Assembly (NCBI GenBank): GCA_951406725.2
Contig: OX597815.1
Location: 46,376,001-46,440,000, forward strand
Source: Octopus vulgaris
Taxonomy: Eukaryota
DNA length: 64,000 nt
Direction: 5' to 3'
Made by a program: the position numbers and the translations under genes. The notes below the pieces were generated by a model that worked only from the letters and a program-made list of their open reading frames with translations, made no database searches and had not been told where the DNA came from. This document shows, piece after piece, positions 26,498-42,492 of this stretch (positions are counted from its first letter, which is position 1; the number at the start of each line of letters is the position of its first letter).

Positions 26498-27180
26498 TAT
26501 TTCTTTACTACCCACAAGGGGCTAAACATAGAAAGGACAAACAAGGAGAGACAAACGGAGTAAGTCGATTATATCGACCCCAGGGCGTAACTGGTACTTG
26601 TTTAATCGACCCCGAAAGGATGAAAGGCAAAGTTGACCACGGCGGAATTTGAACTCAGTAAGTAACGGCAGACGAAATACCTATTTCTTTACTACCCGCA
26701 AGGGGCTAAACACAGAGAGGACAAACAAGGACAGACAAACGGAGTAAGTCGATTATATCGACCCCAGTGCGTAATTGGTACTTATTTAATCGACCCCGAA
26801 AGGATAAAAGGCAAAGTCGACCTCGACGGAATTTGAACTTAGAACGTTGCGGCAGGCGAAATACCTGTTTCTTTACTGCCCACAAGGGGCTCAACACAGA
26901 GGGGACAAACAAGGACAGACAAACGGATCAAGTCGATTACATCGACCCCAGTGCGTAACTGTTACTTAATTTATCGACCCCGAAAGCATGAAAGGCAAAG
27001 TCTACCTCGGCGGAATTTGAACTCAGAACGTAACGTCAGACGAAATACCGCTAAGCATTTCGCCCGGGGCGCTAACGTTTCTGCCAGCTCGCCGCCTTTC
27101 TGCCGGCTCGCCGCGGCAGGCGAAATACCGCCAGGCATTTCACCCGGCGTGCTAACGTTTCTGCCAGCTTGCCGCCACAT
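26498..27180 (-). mobile_element. SINE family A tandem trimer, 184-bp period, plus duplicated head
   Basis: Unit starts at 26498, 26682, 26866. Confidence 0.9.
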
Positions 27181-27720
27181 TTGCTGTCATATATCAATGC
27201 CACTCTGAACACTTTAGACCGGGGTCGCTTTAACACTTTAATACTTCCGGATCGTCGATAAAATAGGTATCATTTCAAATAATGGCAAGGGAGGAGATCG
27301 TTATTATTGACGATTTCACTCTCGCCTCGCAAGCTGTGTGGCCTTGTGCTTGCTTATGTTAGGAAATAACACAGTAAAACCCACCCACACTTTATCGCCA
27401 TCGTTGCTTTTATCATCATTATTAACTTCCACCACCAACACCATCAACAGCAGTATCAGCATCCCCAAGTAACACCACCATCACCGTCACCACCACCACC
27501 ACCACCACCACCACCGCCGCCGCCTCCGCCACCGCTGTCCCTCACGTTATTCATTTGACACATCATTTAGTGCAGGTGGACAGCTGACAAACAAATCTTT
27601 CAGTGCAGCTAATTCTTCTCTTCCCTTCCTGTTGACTTTTGTCCACGATGTGTCAAAGCTTTCGTTCCTGTTCTCTTCATTCTTCCTCTCTCACTCTCTC
27701 TCTCTCTCTACTCTCTCTCT

Positions 27721-27752
<32 letters not shown>

Positions 27753-27981
27753 CCTTTCTCTCTCGTCTTCACACTAACTCACTCACACGCAAACATGCAA
27801 TACGCATCTAAACATCTTATTCTCTATTCATTCTTTGTCTTACTTCTGATATCTTTCCTTCTTTAACCAGGTTTTATTTCTCTTTATCTCCAGCTTATTG
27901 GATTTAAATGTGCACTTTCTCTTTCCCCATACACACACATAAACATGTAGATACACACACGCGTGCGCGCGTACGTGTTTG

Positions 27982-28030
<49 letters not shown>

Positions 28031-28032
28031 AG

Positions 28033-28263
28033 TCTTTTATTCTTTTATTTGTTTCAGTCATTTGACTGCGGCCATGCTGGAGTACCACCTATAGTCGAAT
28101 AAATCGATCCCAGGACTTGTTCTTTGTAAGCCTAGTACATATTCTATAGGTCTCTTGCCGAACCGCTAAGTTATGGGGACGTAAACACACCAGCATCGAT
28201 TGTCAAGCGACGGTGGGGGACAAACACAGACACAGAAACATACACACACACACACGCATATTT

Positions 28264-28322
<59 letters not shown>

Positions 28323-28480
28323 CGACGGGCTTCTTTCAGTTTCCGTCTACCAAATCCACTCACAAGGATTTGGTCGGTCCAAGGCTATAGTAGAAGACAC
28401 TTGCCCAAGGGGCCACGCAGTTGGACTGAACCTAGAAACATGCGGTTGATAAGCAAGCTACTTACCACACAGCCACTCCT
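28033..28480 (-). mobile_element. SINE family B, full length
   Basis: Reverse complement match with expanded internal CA/TA tract. Confidence 0.9.
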
Positions 28481-28491
28481 AGAGAGAGAGA

Positions 28492-28551
<60 letters not shown>

Positions 28552-28694
28552 TATAAAATATAAATAAGATTCAGTTAAATTAGATACTTAAATTGAAGCA
28601 CCTGAACAAGTAGCAGAATGACTGAAAATGTTTTGCTCCGTGGATTTTTAACTATGTGAAATCATTTTGAATGCCCTTTATTTTGAAGTTCATG

Positions 28695-28782
28695 AATTCA
28701 TCTGACGAAAACGGTTTCTTTATAATGATGCAATACTTTCAGTAATCAATTAAGGTGTCGTTAGAAACGGCCGTAATGGATT
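28695..28782 (+). ncRNA. Minimal type I hammerhead ribozyme motif in a microsatellite-flanked element (about 28548-28808)
   Basis: Stem I AATTCAT/ATGGATT, CTGACGA (28702-08), AACG/CGTT stem II with long loop, GAAAC, palindrome ACGGCCGT, GTA triplet (28773-75). Confidence 0.7.
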
Positions 28783-28804
28783 GACACCTGTACCTCTACT
28801 GCTA

Positions 28805-28851
<47 letters not shown>

Positions 28852-28861
28852 CATACATATA

Positions 28862-30070
28862 CTGGGTGCGAGGAATAAATTGTCGTTTAAATTACGCAAA
28901 AATAAAAATAATACTGGCATCTCCTTTTAACAGCCATATTTACCAAAATTACTTTAAAATATTTTGAAATACTAGGAGTAAATTTATTCAATAAAATTGC
29001 CATTGGCTTCAAACATGACCTCCAGACGACTTCGGAATCTCGTGCAACTCTTCGGAACGGTCTCCTTGTTTAAGTTGGTGAATGCTGCCATAATCTTTGA
29101 TGTTACAAACAGTTTTGTTGGTCTCTCGCTCAACTGCATCCCACATATAATAATCAAGTGAGTTGCAGTCTGGGGAGTTAGGCGACAAGATGTTAGGGGT
29201 GATGTGGTCGCAGCCTGCTTGCTTGTGTAGCATCGTGCAGAGTCCTGTTGCCAGACACAAGGTCTTCCAGTAGCCCCACCTCTTGACCCAGAGCAGCTAC
29301 CTCCTCCAGGCATTTGCTGTAGGCCTCCGTGTTGAGTCTGAGGCCGTGTGGGAAAATAAATGCCGGTATAACATCGCCATCACTACTGATCCCTCCAAAC
29401 ACCATGATGTTGACAGGATGTTTTCGGTACATGTTTGGGGATACGGCACACCAAGGGTTGTTCTGTGTGTCCACTCTCTGATCCTGGCAGAAATTTTTCT
29501 CGAAAAACCAAAGCATGTTCGGTTTGAGGGGATGCTTGAGTTTGTTCAAAAGCTTCGAAGCGCGATCATTCCTCTTGTCCTTGATGGCTTGGGATAACAA
29601 TTGGACCTTTCTCGTCTTGTACGAGGAATACCGAATGTCTTCATGCACTACCTGCCTGATAAGAAACTCAGACACTCCCATGTCCCTGGCGATGGACCTG
29701 ATTGACTTGGGGGTATCGTTATCAATCAAAGCCTGGATCTCACCAACAAATTCAGGAGTTCTTTTCTTATCAGAACGATCTGAGTGAGTTTTTCGAGCTG
29801 CCGTACTTTCTGAGCTGCAGTAGACTGTTCCAACTTTTTTCGAATACTCAGATCGACACCTAAACACCCTGAAAAGTTCGTACTGGACCTTCCAGCGCGA
29901 ATGCTAAGCAACACAGCATATCGTTTCCATATTTCTGGCAGAGTGAATTATGTCATGGAGCTGATTTTCTCACAGACAGTGTCCAACTGATCGTTCTATA
30001 CTGTATGGTCGACAAAATCAAAAACAAACAATACAAACGCGCAAAATTGAAAATATAAAATAGCGATAAT
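28862..30070 (-). mobile_element. Degenerate DD37D (maT) transposon, copy 2
   Basis: ORFs 29193-29867, 28984-29313 and 29009-29260 (QQDSA..., SPDCNSLDYYMW); colinear with copy 1; preceded by TA. Confidence 0.85.
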
Positions 30071-30091
30071 ATATATACATATATGTTTTGT

Positions 30092-30410
30092 GAAGTCGCG
30101 TGGCTTAGTGGTTAGGGTAATCGGCTCACGACGATCGTAAGTAAGGTTGTGAGTTCGATCCCTGTTGTGTTCTTGAGCCAAACATTTTATTTCATGTTGG
30201 TTCAGTTCACTCAGCTGACAGGAATACTTAGTGCCTATAATTCAAAAGGGCAGCCTTGACGCATTCTGTATCACGCTGAATTTCCCTGGGAACTATGTTG
30301 AGGGTACGCGTTTCTTTGGAGTGCTCCGTCACTTGCACGTTAATTTCACGAGCAAGCTGTTCCGTTGATTGCATCGACTGGAACCTTCTTCGTCGTCGCC
30401 GACGGAGTAC

Positions 30411-30413
<3 letters not shown>
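30092..30413 (+). mobile_element. SINE, head H2 with tail T1
   Basis: Tail CACTTGCACGTTAATTTCACGAGC...GACGGAGT shared with 42493-42850. Confidence 0.8.
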
Positions 30414-30448
<35 letters not shown>

Positions 30449-31104
30449 TAATAACAATATTTTATAAGTTTAAAGCTTATAAGCAATCACAGTGTATTGA
30501 CTAAGGTAAATAGTCTAATATTGGAGTATATAAGCCCTCGACGGGAAGAAATAGGGTTTGCCGTTGAAAAAAATTATATATATGTATAGGTGTGTGTTGT
30601 GTGTGTCACTGGAACTCTCAATCCCTCTCTCAGTTTTCTTTTCCTTATTCACGTTTCCCATCAAAATTTGTTTTGTCTTTCGTTTTTCTTGTTAAGAAAG
30701 TTTACATAAGAAGCATTTTCATATGAGGGAGGGAACTGCACGCAGTCACCTTACAATTCCACTTTCACAGCGACCACTGCCGTTTCTGCTGTCATAGTTA
30801 TGTTACCAAATATATAACAGCTGTACTTTGTTGTTTATTTTGTTTTAGCTGTTGTTTAACCCTCTCCCCTTCTCCTCACCGCATTCACACTGATCTACAT
30901 TAGGACTATAGCCATAGAAATTCCAGCCTTGACCCTCTCGTATTTTTGTATATCTAGAATAATGATCACCAGTGTATTGATGTGTTCCTTCTTGCCTTCT
31001 TTTAAACGGGTAGGTGTGACTGAAGGGTTTTGGATATTCAGCAATGTCACAGATATTCTCTTGTTAATTGAGACTGTTTTTTTTTAATTTTTATTTTTTA
31101 TTTA

Positions 31105-31310
31105 TTGTCGCTTTCTTGTCCCGGTCATTGGACTGTTGACATCCTGGGTTACCGCTGTGAAGGGTTTCAGTCAAAAGAATCGATCTAAATAGTTATTTTT
31201 GAGTCTGGTACTTGTTTGATCTGATCCTTTTGCCGAACCACAAAATTACATGGCAGTAAATAAACCAACCCCGGTTGACAAGTGATGGAAGGGACTAGTA
31301 TAACACACAC
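31105..31310 (-). mobile_element. Old SINE family B 3' half
   Basis: Degenerate match. Confidence 0.6.
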
Positions 31311-31341
31311 ACAGGTACATATATATGTATGCATATGTATG

Positions 31342-31377
<36 letters not shown>

Positions 31378-31403
31378 TGTATGTATGTATGTATGTATGT
31401 ATG

Positions 31404-31454
<51 letters not shown>

Positions 31455-31623
31455 AATAGTAAAAAGTATTATGTCATTGTATGAAAAAAATTTATAACAT
31501 TCTTCAGACATATTGACTCAAATACATATTTTTTAACCTTTTAAAACAAGCCTTCTGTAGTTTTTTCACTTTTTACTATTTTCTATATATTCAACCACGT
31601 GCTTTCACATACCAACTTTCTTA

Positions 31624-31675
<52 letters not shown>

Positions 31676-31864
31676 TATATTTCTGTGAAACAAATTCACT
31701 CACAAGTTATTGGTAGAAAATATTTATAAAAGGCATCAATGGAAACATTAACATGTATTGCGGACGCTTGCCAAGCTTTAAAAAAAGTCGGTATACGCAA
31801 TTATAACGGTATATAATTGAAATCGACAAGTTATTCTATACTCCGGCAACTTTCTGTAATAGAA

Positions 31865-31880
31865 TTATTATTATTATTAT

Positions 31881-31916
<36 letters not shown>

Positions 31917-31927
31917 ATGTTGTTGTT

Positions 31928-31968
<41 letters not shown>

Positions 31969-31981
31969 CGTCGTCGTCGTC

Positions 31982-32020
<39 letters not shown>
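31865..32020. repeat. (TTA)n/(GTA)n/(GTC)n compound microsatellite
   Basis: Direct reading. Confidence 0.95.
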
Positions 32021-33850
32021 ACAGTACTATTTAGTAGTCTTATTCTTATCACGTGCTTTCACTGCGCTATCGAGCGCAGCTCCATGTGCCTTGGGCATGT
32101 GCTGTGGTTTGTTTTAGTATTGTTATTTTTACTGTATTGAAAGTGCTTTACGTAGGATGTGTACAGTGCCTAGTAGTCCTATTTTCTGTATGTTATATAT
32201 ATTCGGTAGTCCTGGTCTTTCGATTATGTATTTGTAAGGTTTTTTTAACCATGCCTAATGCATGTTATTTTAAGAATTTTTTCTGTATTCAAGTCCAACA
32301 TTCGGGTTATTTCTATTTCTAGATTTTTGTATTTCAAGAGTTTCTCTGTTTTTTTTTTTAGGGATACATAGTCAACTCTTGGGACTAATATGTTGATTAG
32401 AAGGCATTTTTCTTGGTGGTCCCTGATAACAATATCTGGCCAATTTGTCTTGACCTCTCTATCTGTATGTATTGACATATCCCAGAGTATGGTTGCTTTG
32501 TAATTTTCTCTTAACTTTTCTGGGGTATACCTATACCATCTTTTTTCTTTTGTCATTTCGTAGTGCTGACACAGGTCCCAGTGTGTATAAGTACCAACAC
32601 TGTCATGTTTGTGGATGTATTCCTTCTTGGCCAGAACTGGATAACAAGAGGCAATATGATTTATTGTTTCTTTTCGTTTTAGCTTATCTCAGTATTTGTC
32701 ATGTAAGGGATTTTCTGCCATCATTTTATAATGGAATTTGCTTTAGCTTACATTTTAGATACCTTACAACTTTTGATGTATCTTCTTTTTCTTCATAGCT
32801 GTCAGCTATTATGACATCTTTCCTGTACCTTTCGGTTTCTTTGAAAACGGAAAGCATTTTTTTGTTTGTTTTGCTCATGCCTTGTGGTAATTTGTATCAC
32901 TTTCCTTGGCTCCGACTTAGATATTTCTGTAGTCCTATGGTGGATATTTTGTAGTTGTTTTCTAGTTGTATATGGCCTCTACCACCTTCAATTCATTGTT
33001 TGTACAAACTTTCAGTGTCAGATTTTGGGTGATGTACTCTTAATTCTGTTATCAGTTTTCTTTTTTCTTCTATCTAGTTTGGCTAGTTCATTTAGTGTCC
33101 AGTTAAGAATATTGTAACTGTAAATAATAACTGGGTCAGCTAGAGTATTGATGCCTATAATCTTATTTTTCGCATTGAGCTCTGTTTTAAGTATTAAACT
33201 AATTCGTCTAAAATATTTCTTCCTTATCTTTTCTTTCATTTGTGTGTGCTGTACTGTATCTAGTTCAATGATTCCTAAGTATTTGTATGTCTGGGTTTGG
33301 TCTATTTCATTTTCTTTAGAAAATTACTATTTCTAAATCTCACAACGTTAGGTATTCAGCAACAGCTCTTTGTAGTAAAGATTGTTTGCCAACATTTATC
33401 ATTTTTTTTATCTTGTGTAATATTGTTACTCCTAGTTTTCCTCTTTTCAAGGCTGCTTAGGCATATTTTTCTGGGCCAAATTTCATATTTATTTCTTTGG
33501 TAAATCCATGCCCTGTCAGTAGCAATGTTTCTACTTGGTTATCATTTGCAGCATAAGGCATGAGATTATCTATATACAAGAGACGGTTGATGGTTTGACC
33601 AAAACAGTTTTATCCACACCTAGTTCGGCTTAGCATGTCAGTTAAAGGCGTCAGTACCACGTACAAAATGAGTGGTGAGAGCGAGTATCCTTGAAATATT
33701 CCTCTTCTAGAGGGTATGGCTTTATTTATTGATGACAGGTTTTATACGTTATATTATTGTTGGTGTTATTTTGCTCATGGGTAGTGTTTCCAGGATCTAT
33801 GTGTGGAGAATACTGTCAAAGCCTTCCGGTAATCAATCTTAGTCATGCTT
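32021..33850 (-). mobile_element. R4/Dong-like RLE non-LTR retrotransposon, decayed copy
   Basis: RT motifs after frameshift repair IDYRKA(F)DSI, RGIFQGYSLSPL, INRLLYIDNL, TYKYLG; RLE region ILWDMSIHTDREVKTNWPDIV; 3' UTR homologous to 35811-35913. Confidence 0.88.
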
Positions 33851-33964
33851 AGACACCACCTTTTCTTTCGGCGTTGACCCTCCTCCTCCTCCTCCTCCTC
33901 CTCCCTTCTTCAATTTCTTCTCATTATTATTATTATTATTGTCATCATCATCATCATTATTATT

Positions 33965-34482
33965 GAATGAGAGAGCAGTGCATACTATCAAAGTCACACT
34001 GGGGTAAAATATGCGAAGCCTAGTATACCCATCACGGCTACCCGTATAATAAGGGTACATCAGGTTCATGCATCACAACCATATGTGCGCATAACCTTGC
34101 AGGTGGGGCCCAGTTAGAATTTTCTTCGGGTAGAGTAGCCCATCACGCTCAAAAGGTCCCTGAATCGAGGTTGTTTAAGAATGATGAACAAAACAGCCAT
34201 CTCTCCAAAGGTGAATTAGCCAAACCCCTAAGAATTCCGCTCAACACATGGTTATGATGCTCCCCGACTACGTCTGCTCGTGATCAGATGCACATATCAT
34301 CAGCTACCAAGGGGCATGCTCAACTGGTTATGGTCAAACAAATGACAAGCAAATCTGTGCTGTTGAGCAGAATATTTGCTGTAGCCCATCTTTTATACCA
34401 AGACAAAACAATGTACATGATAACACTTTAGTCACTTAAGATCAGAAGCCATGAGAGACACAGCCTGGTACTGCATCAGGAC
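33965..34482. mobile_element. Non-coding interspersed repeat inserted in (ATT)n
   Basis: Flanked by (ATT)n on both sides; internal segment recurs at 15121-15172. Confidence 0.55.
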
Positions 34483-34504
34483 ATTATTATAATTATTATT
34501 ATTA

Positions 34505-34536
<32 letters not shown>

Positions 34537-34537
34537 G

Positions 34538-34742
34538 AGGTGCCAGAATCGTTACCACACCGGGCAAAATGCTTAGCGGCATTTCGTCCATCTTTACACT
34601 CTGAGTTCAAATTCCGCCGTAGTCGACTTTGCTTTTCAACCTTTCGGGGTTTGATAAAAATAAGTACCAGTTGAACACTAGGATCGATGTAATTGACTGT
34701 CTCCCTCCTCCGAAATTGCTGGCTTTGTGCCAAAATTTGAAA
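34538..34742 (+). mobile_element. SINE family A with (ATT)n tail
   Basis: Match to consensus. Confidence 0.85.
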
Positions 34743-34743
34743 C

Positions 34744-37408
<2,665 letters not shown>

Positions 37409-38314
37409 CATTATTTCGTTCTGCTACTACTAATCTTTATTATAACTTTTTCCTGTTATCATTGTTATTTTTATTACTTCCTTTCCAAGTTATTTTTGTT
37501 TTACATTTTCATGCTTCCTAGAGTGTTGTTTATTTATTTTCTGTTTCTGAACTCTCTTACTATTTTTGCTTTGTTTTGTTTTTACGCACCATGCATCCCA
37601 TCTTCCCAGCATGACATGACCCTCACCATCGGTCTACAGCCTCAAGTTCCCTTCTAACTTTCCCGTCTCGTCGAAACGTACCTCGGTAACCTTAGAAAAT
37701 TCTAGAAGAACATTTGGCACCTTTATTTAACTACATGACACATAGTAAGTAGGAAACGTCAGCGTCGCTTCACAGCTGCATTCGTTGGTAATAACTAAAG
37801 GAAATGCTCTTTTCTTTCTCTTTTGTAGCACAAATAACTTGTACCCCGTACTTTGAGCTACACACACACACACAGACACACACACACACACTCACACAGA
37901 CACACAGAGACACAGACAGACACACACACACACACACACGCACACACGAGATTGTTGCATAAGGTGACGTAAAGATTCAAGCCAAGCACAGATTACAGTG
38001 ATATTTGTGAAATGTTTTATATGTTTACAATCGCGTTTGTATTTTTGTAATTAGGTTGATGTATCATTTATGTTATGTGAACATCATTACACATTGATAC
38101 ACATAGAACATAAACACACATGTATACACATACAAACATACATGCATCTGTGAATATAAATAAGTATATATACATACATATATATATAATATATATATAT
38201 GCATGTATATATGTACATATATAATATGTATATGTAAATATGTATATATGCATGTATATATATATATGTGTGTGTGTGTATATATATATGTATATATATA
38301 TAAAAAAGAAAAAG

Positions 38315-38400
38315 AAATGGATCAAGAATTAACAATGAGAAGTTGATCATTGGTATATATACCAATCATCAATTTCTCATTATTAATTCTTGCTCCATTT
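38315..38400. repeat. 86-bp imperfect palindrome
   Basis: 43-bp arms, four mismatches, centred on TGGTATATATACCA, TA runs on both sides. Confidence 0.85.
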
Positions 38401-38550
38401 ATTTTATTTTCGATATATATTAAATCACGGTTTTACCTTTAAATTACCTACTACTGTATACCTTATAGCTAGGACTATACATAGTAAGGTAATACACCAG
38501 GAGTGCCTACGGATATATCTATCCCTTACATGGCTGCATAACCCCTAACT

Positions 38551-39125
38551 TTCGGAATGCTCACAGCAGCCATATTCCTACCACTCTATGTCACGCTGGT
38601 GAGACCCATATTGGAGTATGGGATTCAAGCCTCTTCTCCTTATCTCCTCAAAGACATACAGCATCTCGAAAGAGTCCAGAGGCTGGCTACCCGCATGGTT
38701 CATGGTCTCAAAAATTTGTCCTACGAAGAAAGGCTGAGCACGCTCGACCTTTATTCTCTTGAAAAACGCCGCCGCCGTGGTGATCTCATTCTCGCCCACA
38801 ACATCATAAGCGGAAAGTGTAACCTCTCGAAAGAGCTGTCCTTCACTCCTGCTCCAGAGCGTCGGCTGCGGGGTCATTCCGAAAAGCTCTACCTGCGACG
38901 ATTTCATCTCAATCGAAGGAGAGGAGCTTTCTCCGTCCGGGTTGCGGATCCGTGGAACAAGCTGCCAGACGAGATGGTGAAGATGCCGACGACCGCTTTG
39001 TTCAAAGCCTCCCTGGACCTCAAGTGGCCTGAACTCTTTACATGTACACCACCCTGTACTTAACACCATGTCCCCCTACATGGCCTTGCTATTTGCTTTT
39101 GAGCCAAATTAACTAACTAACTAAC
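38551..39125 (+). mobile_element. CR1-type LINE 3' end, 5' truncated
   Basis: ORF 38557-39063: LVRPILEY, LERVQRLATR, YEERL, RRRRGDLI, RGH, FSVRV..WNKLP; short 3' UTR and (AACT)n tail. Confidence 0.92.
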
Positions 39126-39186
39126 ATATATATACAGACACACACATATATATGTGTATGTGTATGTATGTATATATATGAATATA

Positions 39187-39248
<62 letters not shown>

Positions 39249-39262
39249 TTTGTATGTATATA

Positions 39263-39305
<43 letters not shown>

Positions 39306-41361
39306 TTAATACGAAAATTGACTGAATTAAATAGTTCAGACTGAGAAGTAGCATGAATTTGAACAACAAAGTGAAATAAAGGTATGTTAAATATTATACA
39401 AAGTGAATTCATGTTTTATAGAACTTATTTTAATATTGAGAGTAGGTGCACAAATGCCTAATGGCAATTGCGATCGACTCTGAGTGGGAGTTGTGAATAA
39501 TCTCAAGAACGATTAATTCCTCCAAATGTGAAACGCCATTAAGGGAAAGACAGTATGTTTCTTATCTAAACAAAAAGTAAGCTGCAAGCTTGCAAAGATA
39601 TAATTTCATACACAGTATAGAATGCAAATTTTAATGACCGTATGTTTACTAGATTCACCGTTTGGATGAACATTTTTGACTCAATATCTACATTCGCCGT
39701 TAGTATAGGATCGTATAACAATGCAGATATGTTATCTTATCGGCCTATCCTATAGATATTGTACATTTTAGATTCATCATCTCCAACATCGGATTTTCAG
39801 TGATGATGAACTAACTAGCTGTTACATCAACTGCAACTGGGCATGCCTTAGATATACATAGTGAAGACTTTTAACTGTTCAGTCGAAAAGTGATTATAAC
39901 TGCCAACTTATATTTGCAAATTTTTCACTGCCTAGGTCTAAAAATAATTATTGCTACCAACCTACATTTGCAAATTCTTTTAAATTTTACCTTAAGATAT
40001 GAACATATAGAACCCATATCAAAAGCCTCTTATCAAAAGATGACGTGTATTTATGTTAAATCTCGTCAATAGCTTTAGTTTTTATAAATTAGTAACATTA
40101 GCAGAAGGGTACCTAGCCCCGGAAAGATGTCTTCGGACGAAATGCCGTTTCGTCGGGCGTGCTAACGATTCTACCAGCTCGCCACCTTATAGTGGTCTAA
40201 TATTACAATGATGGCAATTTCCTTGTGTCCGAAAATCCTGAGGAAGAGCAACATGCCCTCATGCGACAATGTAAACTGATCCTTGGCGCTGCGGGGTTGT
40301 TCTTCCTACCTATATTCAGTAGTTTTAAAGTGAGCGCCAGTTCACCTAATCCGATCCCACTCTTTAGACTTGGAGGTTTGACTATAATGGCTCAGTGGGT
40401 TAAGATAGCTGCGGTGACCAGCAAGCTGTATGTCGTACATATGTCAAACATTAGAGAGGCTTTCTCTTTGGTGAATTGCTTTACTGGGACAGAGAGCTCC
40501 ACCTACTCAGGAATTGCTACAAGTATGTCAAAGAGGGCACCAGGCCACCTGAAATACTCTACTTTTTGATTTGCTGTCGAATTTGACTCCCCTAGCCTTT
40601 TCCTTTCCTAAGGCAATCGCAAAGCAGTGGGGATTTGTGCTTGGAATTTCTCCCATAACATATTAGCTAACACACATAAGGGATCGAGACAGGTGCTACT
40701 ATTCCGTAAGATTAGCCCTGGCTAAGATATGGTTCTACACTCCTCCAAATCATGGTACTCTCGAACCATGGCCCCACTACCGGATGCAATTTAAAGTTAT
40801 ACCAAGGAGAACTGTAGTATATAGCGTATTCAAATACAAAATTAAACATATCACAAGAACCTTGCCTTCCCAAACTAAAAGAAACTATCCAATATCTTTT
40901 GGCTCACACCATCGTATTCTTTACACGTAAACGTAACAAAAAAATTGCTAGTACACATAGATAAACTTCTCAGCTCAATGCCGTTAGAGTACATGTTTCA
41001 ACAGGAGGTATTTGAAACTGAGTTGTTGATGCATTCCAGTGCGAAGAGGCACATAATCGCACAAATGAACAGATCTAACAAAAACAGGAAGCAAAGACAG
41101 AGGTATGAAAGCAGAGTCACTTCAGCAGTCTTGCAGCACCAAAGATACCAAAGTCTGTTGTCTCGTATAAATATTTATCTAAACACCTGCAAATATAAAA
41201 TGTGTTGTTATAGTCTGTTTAGGCATTTAACTGTACACATATTTTTAATAGCTCAATCTCGATATAACGAGCAATATCGTGACGTTAAAATTTATGTATT
41301 AATAAAATACAATTTCGGACATACATATATACATACATATATAAATGTATGCATTTATACA

Positions 41362-41412
<51 letters not shown>

Positions 41413-41521
41413 GTACTCACGTATAATTTATGTATAGCGAGAGAGTAAAATTTAATTTGTGTGTGCGTATTTAGTATCTTTTGCACGCGCCAGGCGTTGT
41501 GTGTGTGTGCTTGTGTATGTA

Positions 41522-41678
<157 letters not shown>

Positions 41679-41764
41679 CCTATTCTAATACAATTAACTA
41701 TAAAACGCTCGCATCATATATTTTAGTTAAGATTCTTACTTATAATAGACAATTTAAATTTTAT

Positions 41765-42320
41765 ATTTTTCCTGCATAACCACCTGTTCTAAAGAAGTAG
41801 ATCTGTCATCCACTAACTTTTTAATTGTCATATTTCGAACGAATATCATCAGCGCCATGAGTGACACTATACAGAGGCTTAAAAAAGGAACGCAAACTTC
41901 GTCTTTAATCGTAACCTATTAGCCTAAACATTATTTATTCTTTTCAATATAAATGTACTTTATTTACTTGAATATGTAAGTATTTTAGTGACTTATGAAG
42001 TGTTTTTATTTATGCGTGCGTTTATGTATGTGTGATTTGTGCTTGTATGTTTGTGAATGTGCGAGTTGTTACTTACGCACACACACACACTCGTGTGTGT
42101 GTGTGTGTATGAATTTATTGAATGATAATGATTTATATTGAAAAGAATAAATAATGTTTAGGCTAATAGGTTACGATTAAAGACGAAGTTTGCATTCCTT
42201 TTTTAAGCCTCTGTGTAGTGTCACTCATGGCGCTGATGATATTCGTTCGAAATATGACAATTAAAAAGTTAGTGGATGACAGATCTACTTCTTTGGAACA
42301 GGTGGTTATGCAGGAAAAAT
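41765..42320. repeat. 190-bp near-perfect inverted repeat with 176-bp spacer
   Basis: Arms 41765-41954 and 42131-42320; three mismatches seen. Confidence 0.92.
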
Positions 42321-42394
42321 GGTGACTTACTTTTAGGACTTGAAATTTCAACGATACGATAATTGTCACGCTTCTTCAGCTGGCATTGTTGTCG

Positions 42395-42425
<31 letters not shown>

Positions 42426-42492
42426 TGTATGTATGTATGTATGTATGTATGTATGTATGTATGTATGTATGTATGTATTTATGTATGTATGT

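Noticed and set aside
26498-27050. Regular 184-bp repeats suggestive of CRISPR or satellite
   Set aside because: Units are whole SINE bodies with no unique spacers; eukaryotic context.
40225-40569. 114-aa ORF in GC-richer unique sequence
   Set aside because: No recognisable motif in any frame; probably a decayed element; left uncalled.
40945-41200. Possible exon on either strand
   Set aside because: Acceptor-like tracts exist but no good donor and no homology.
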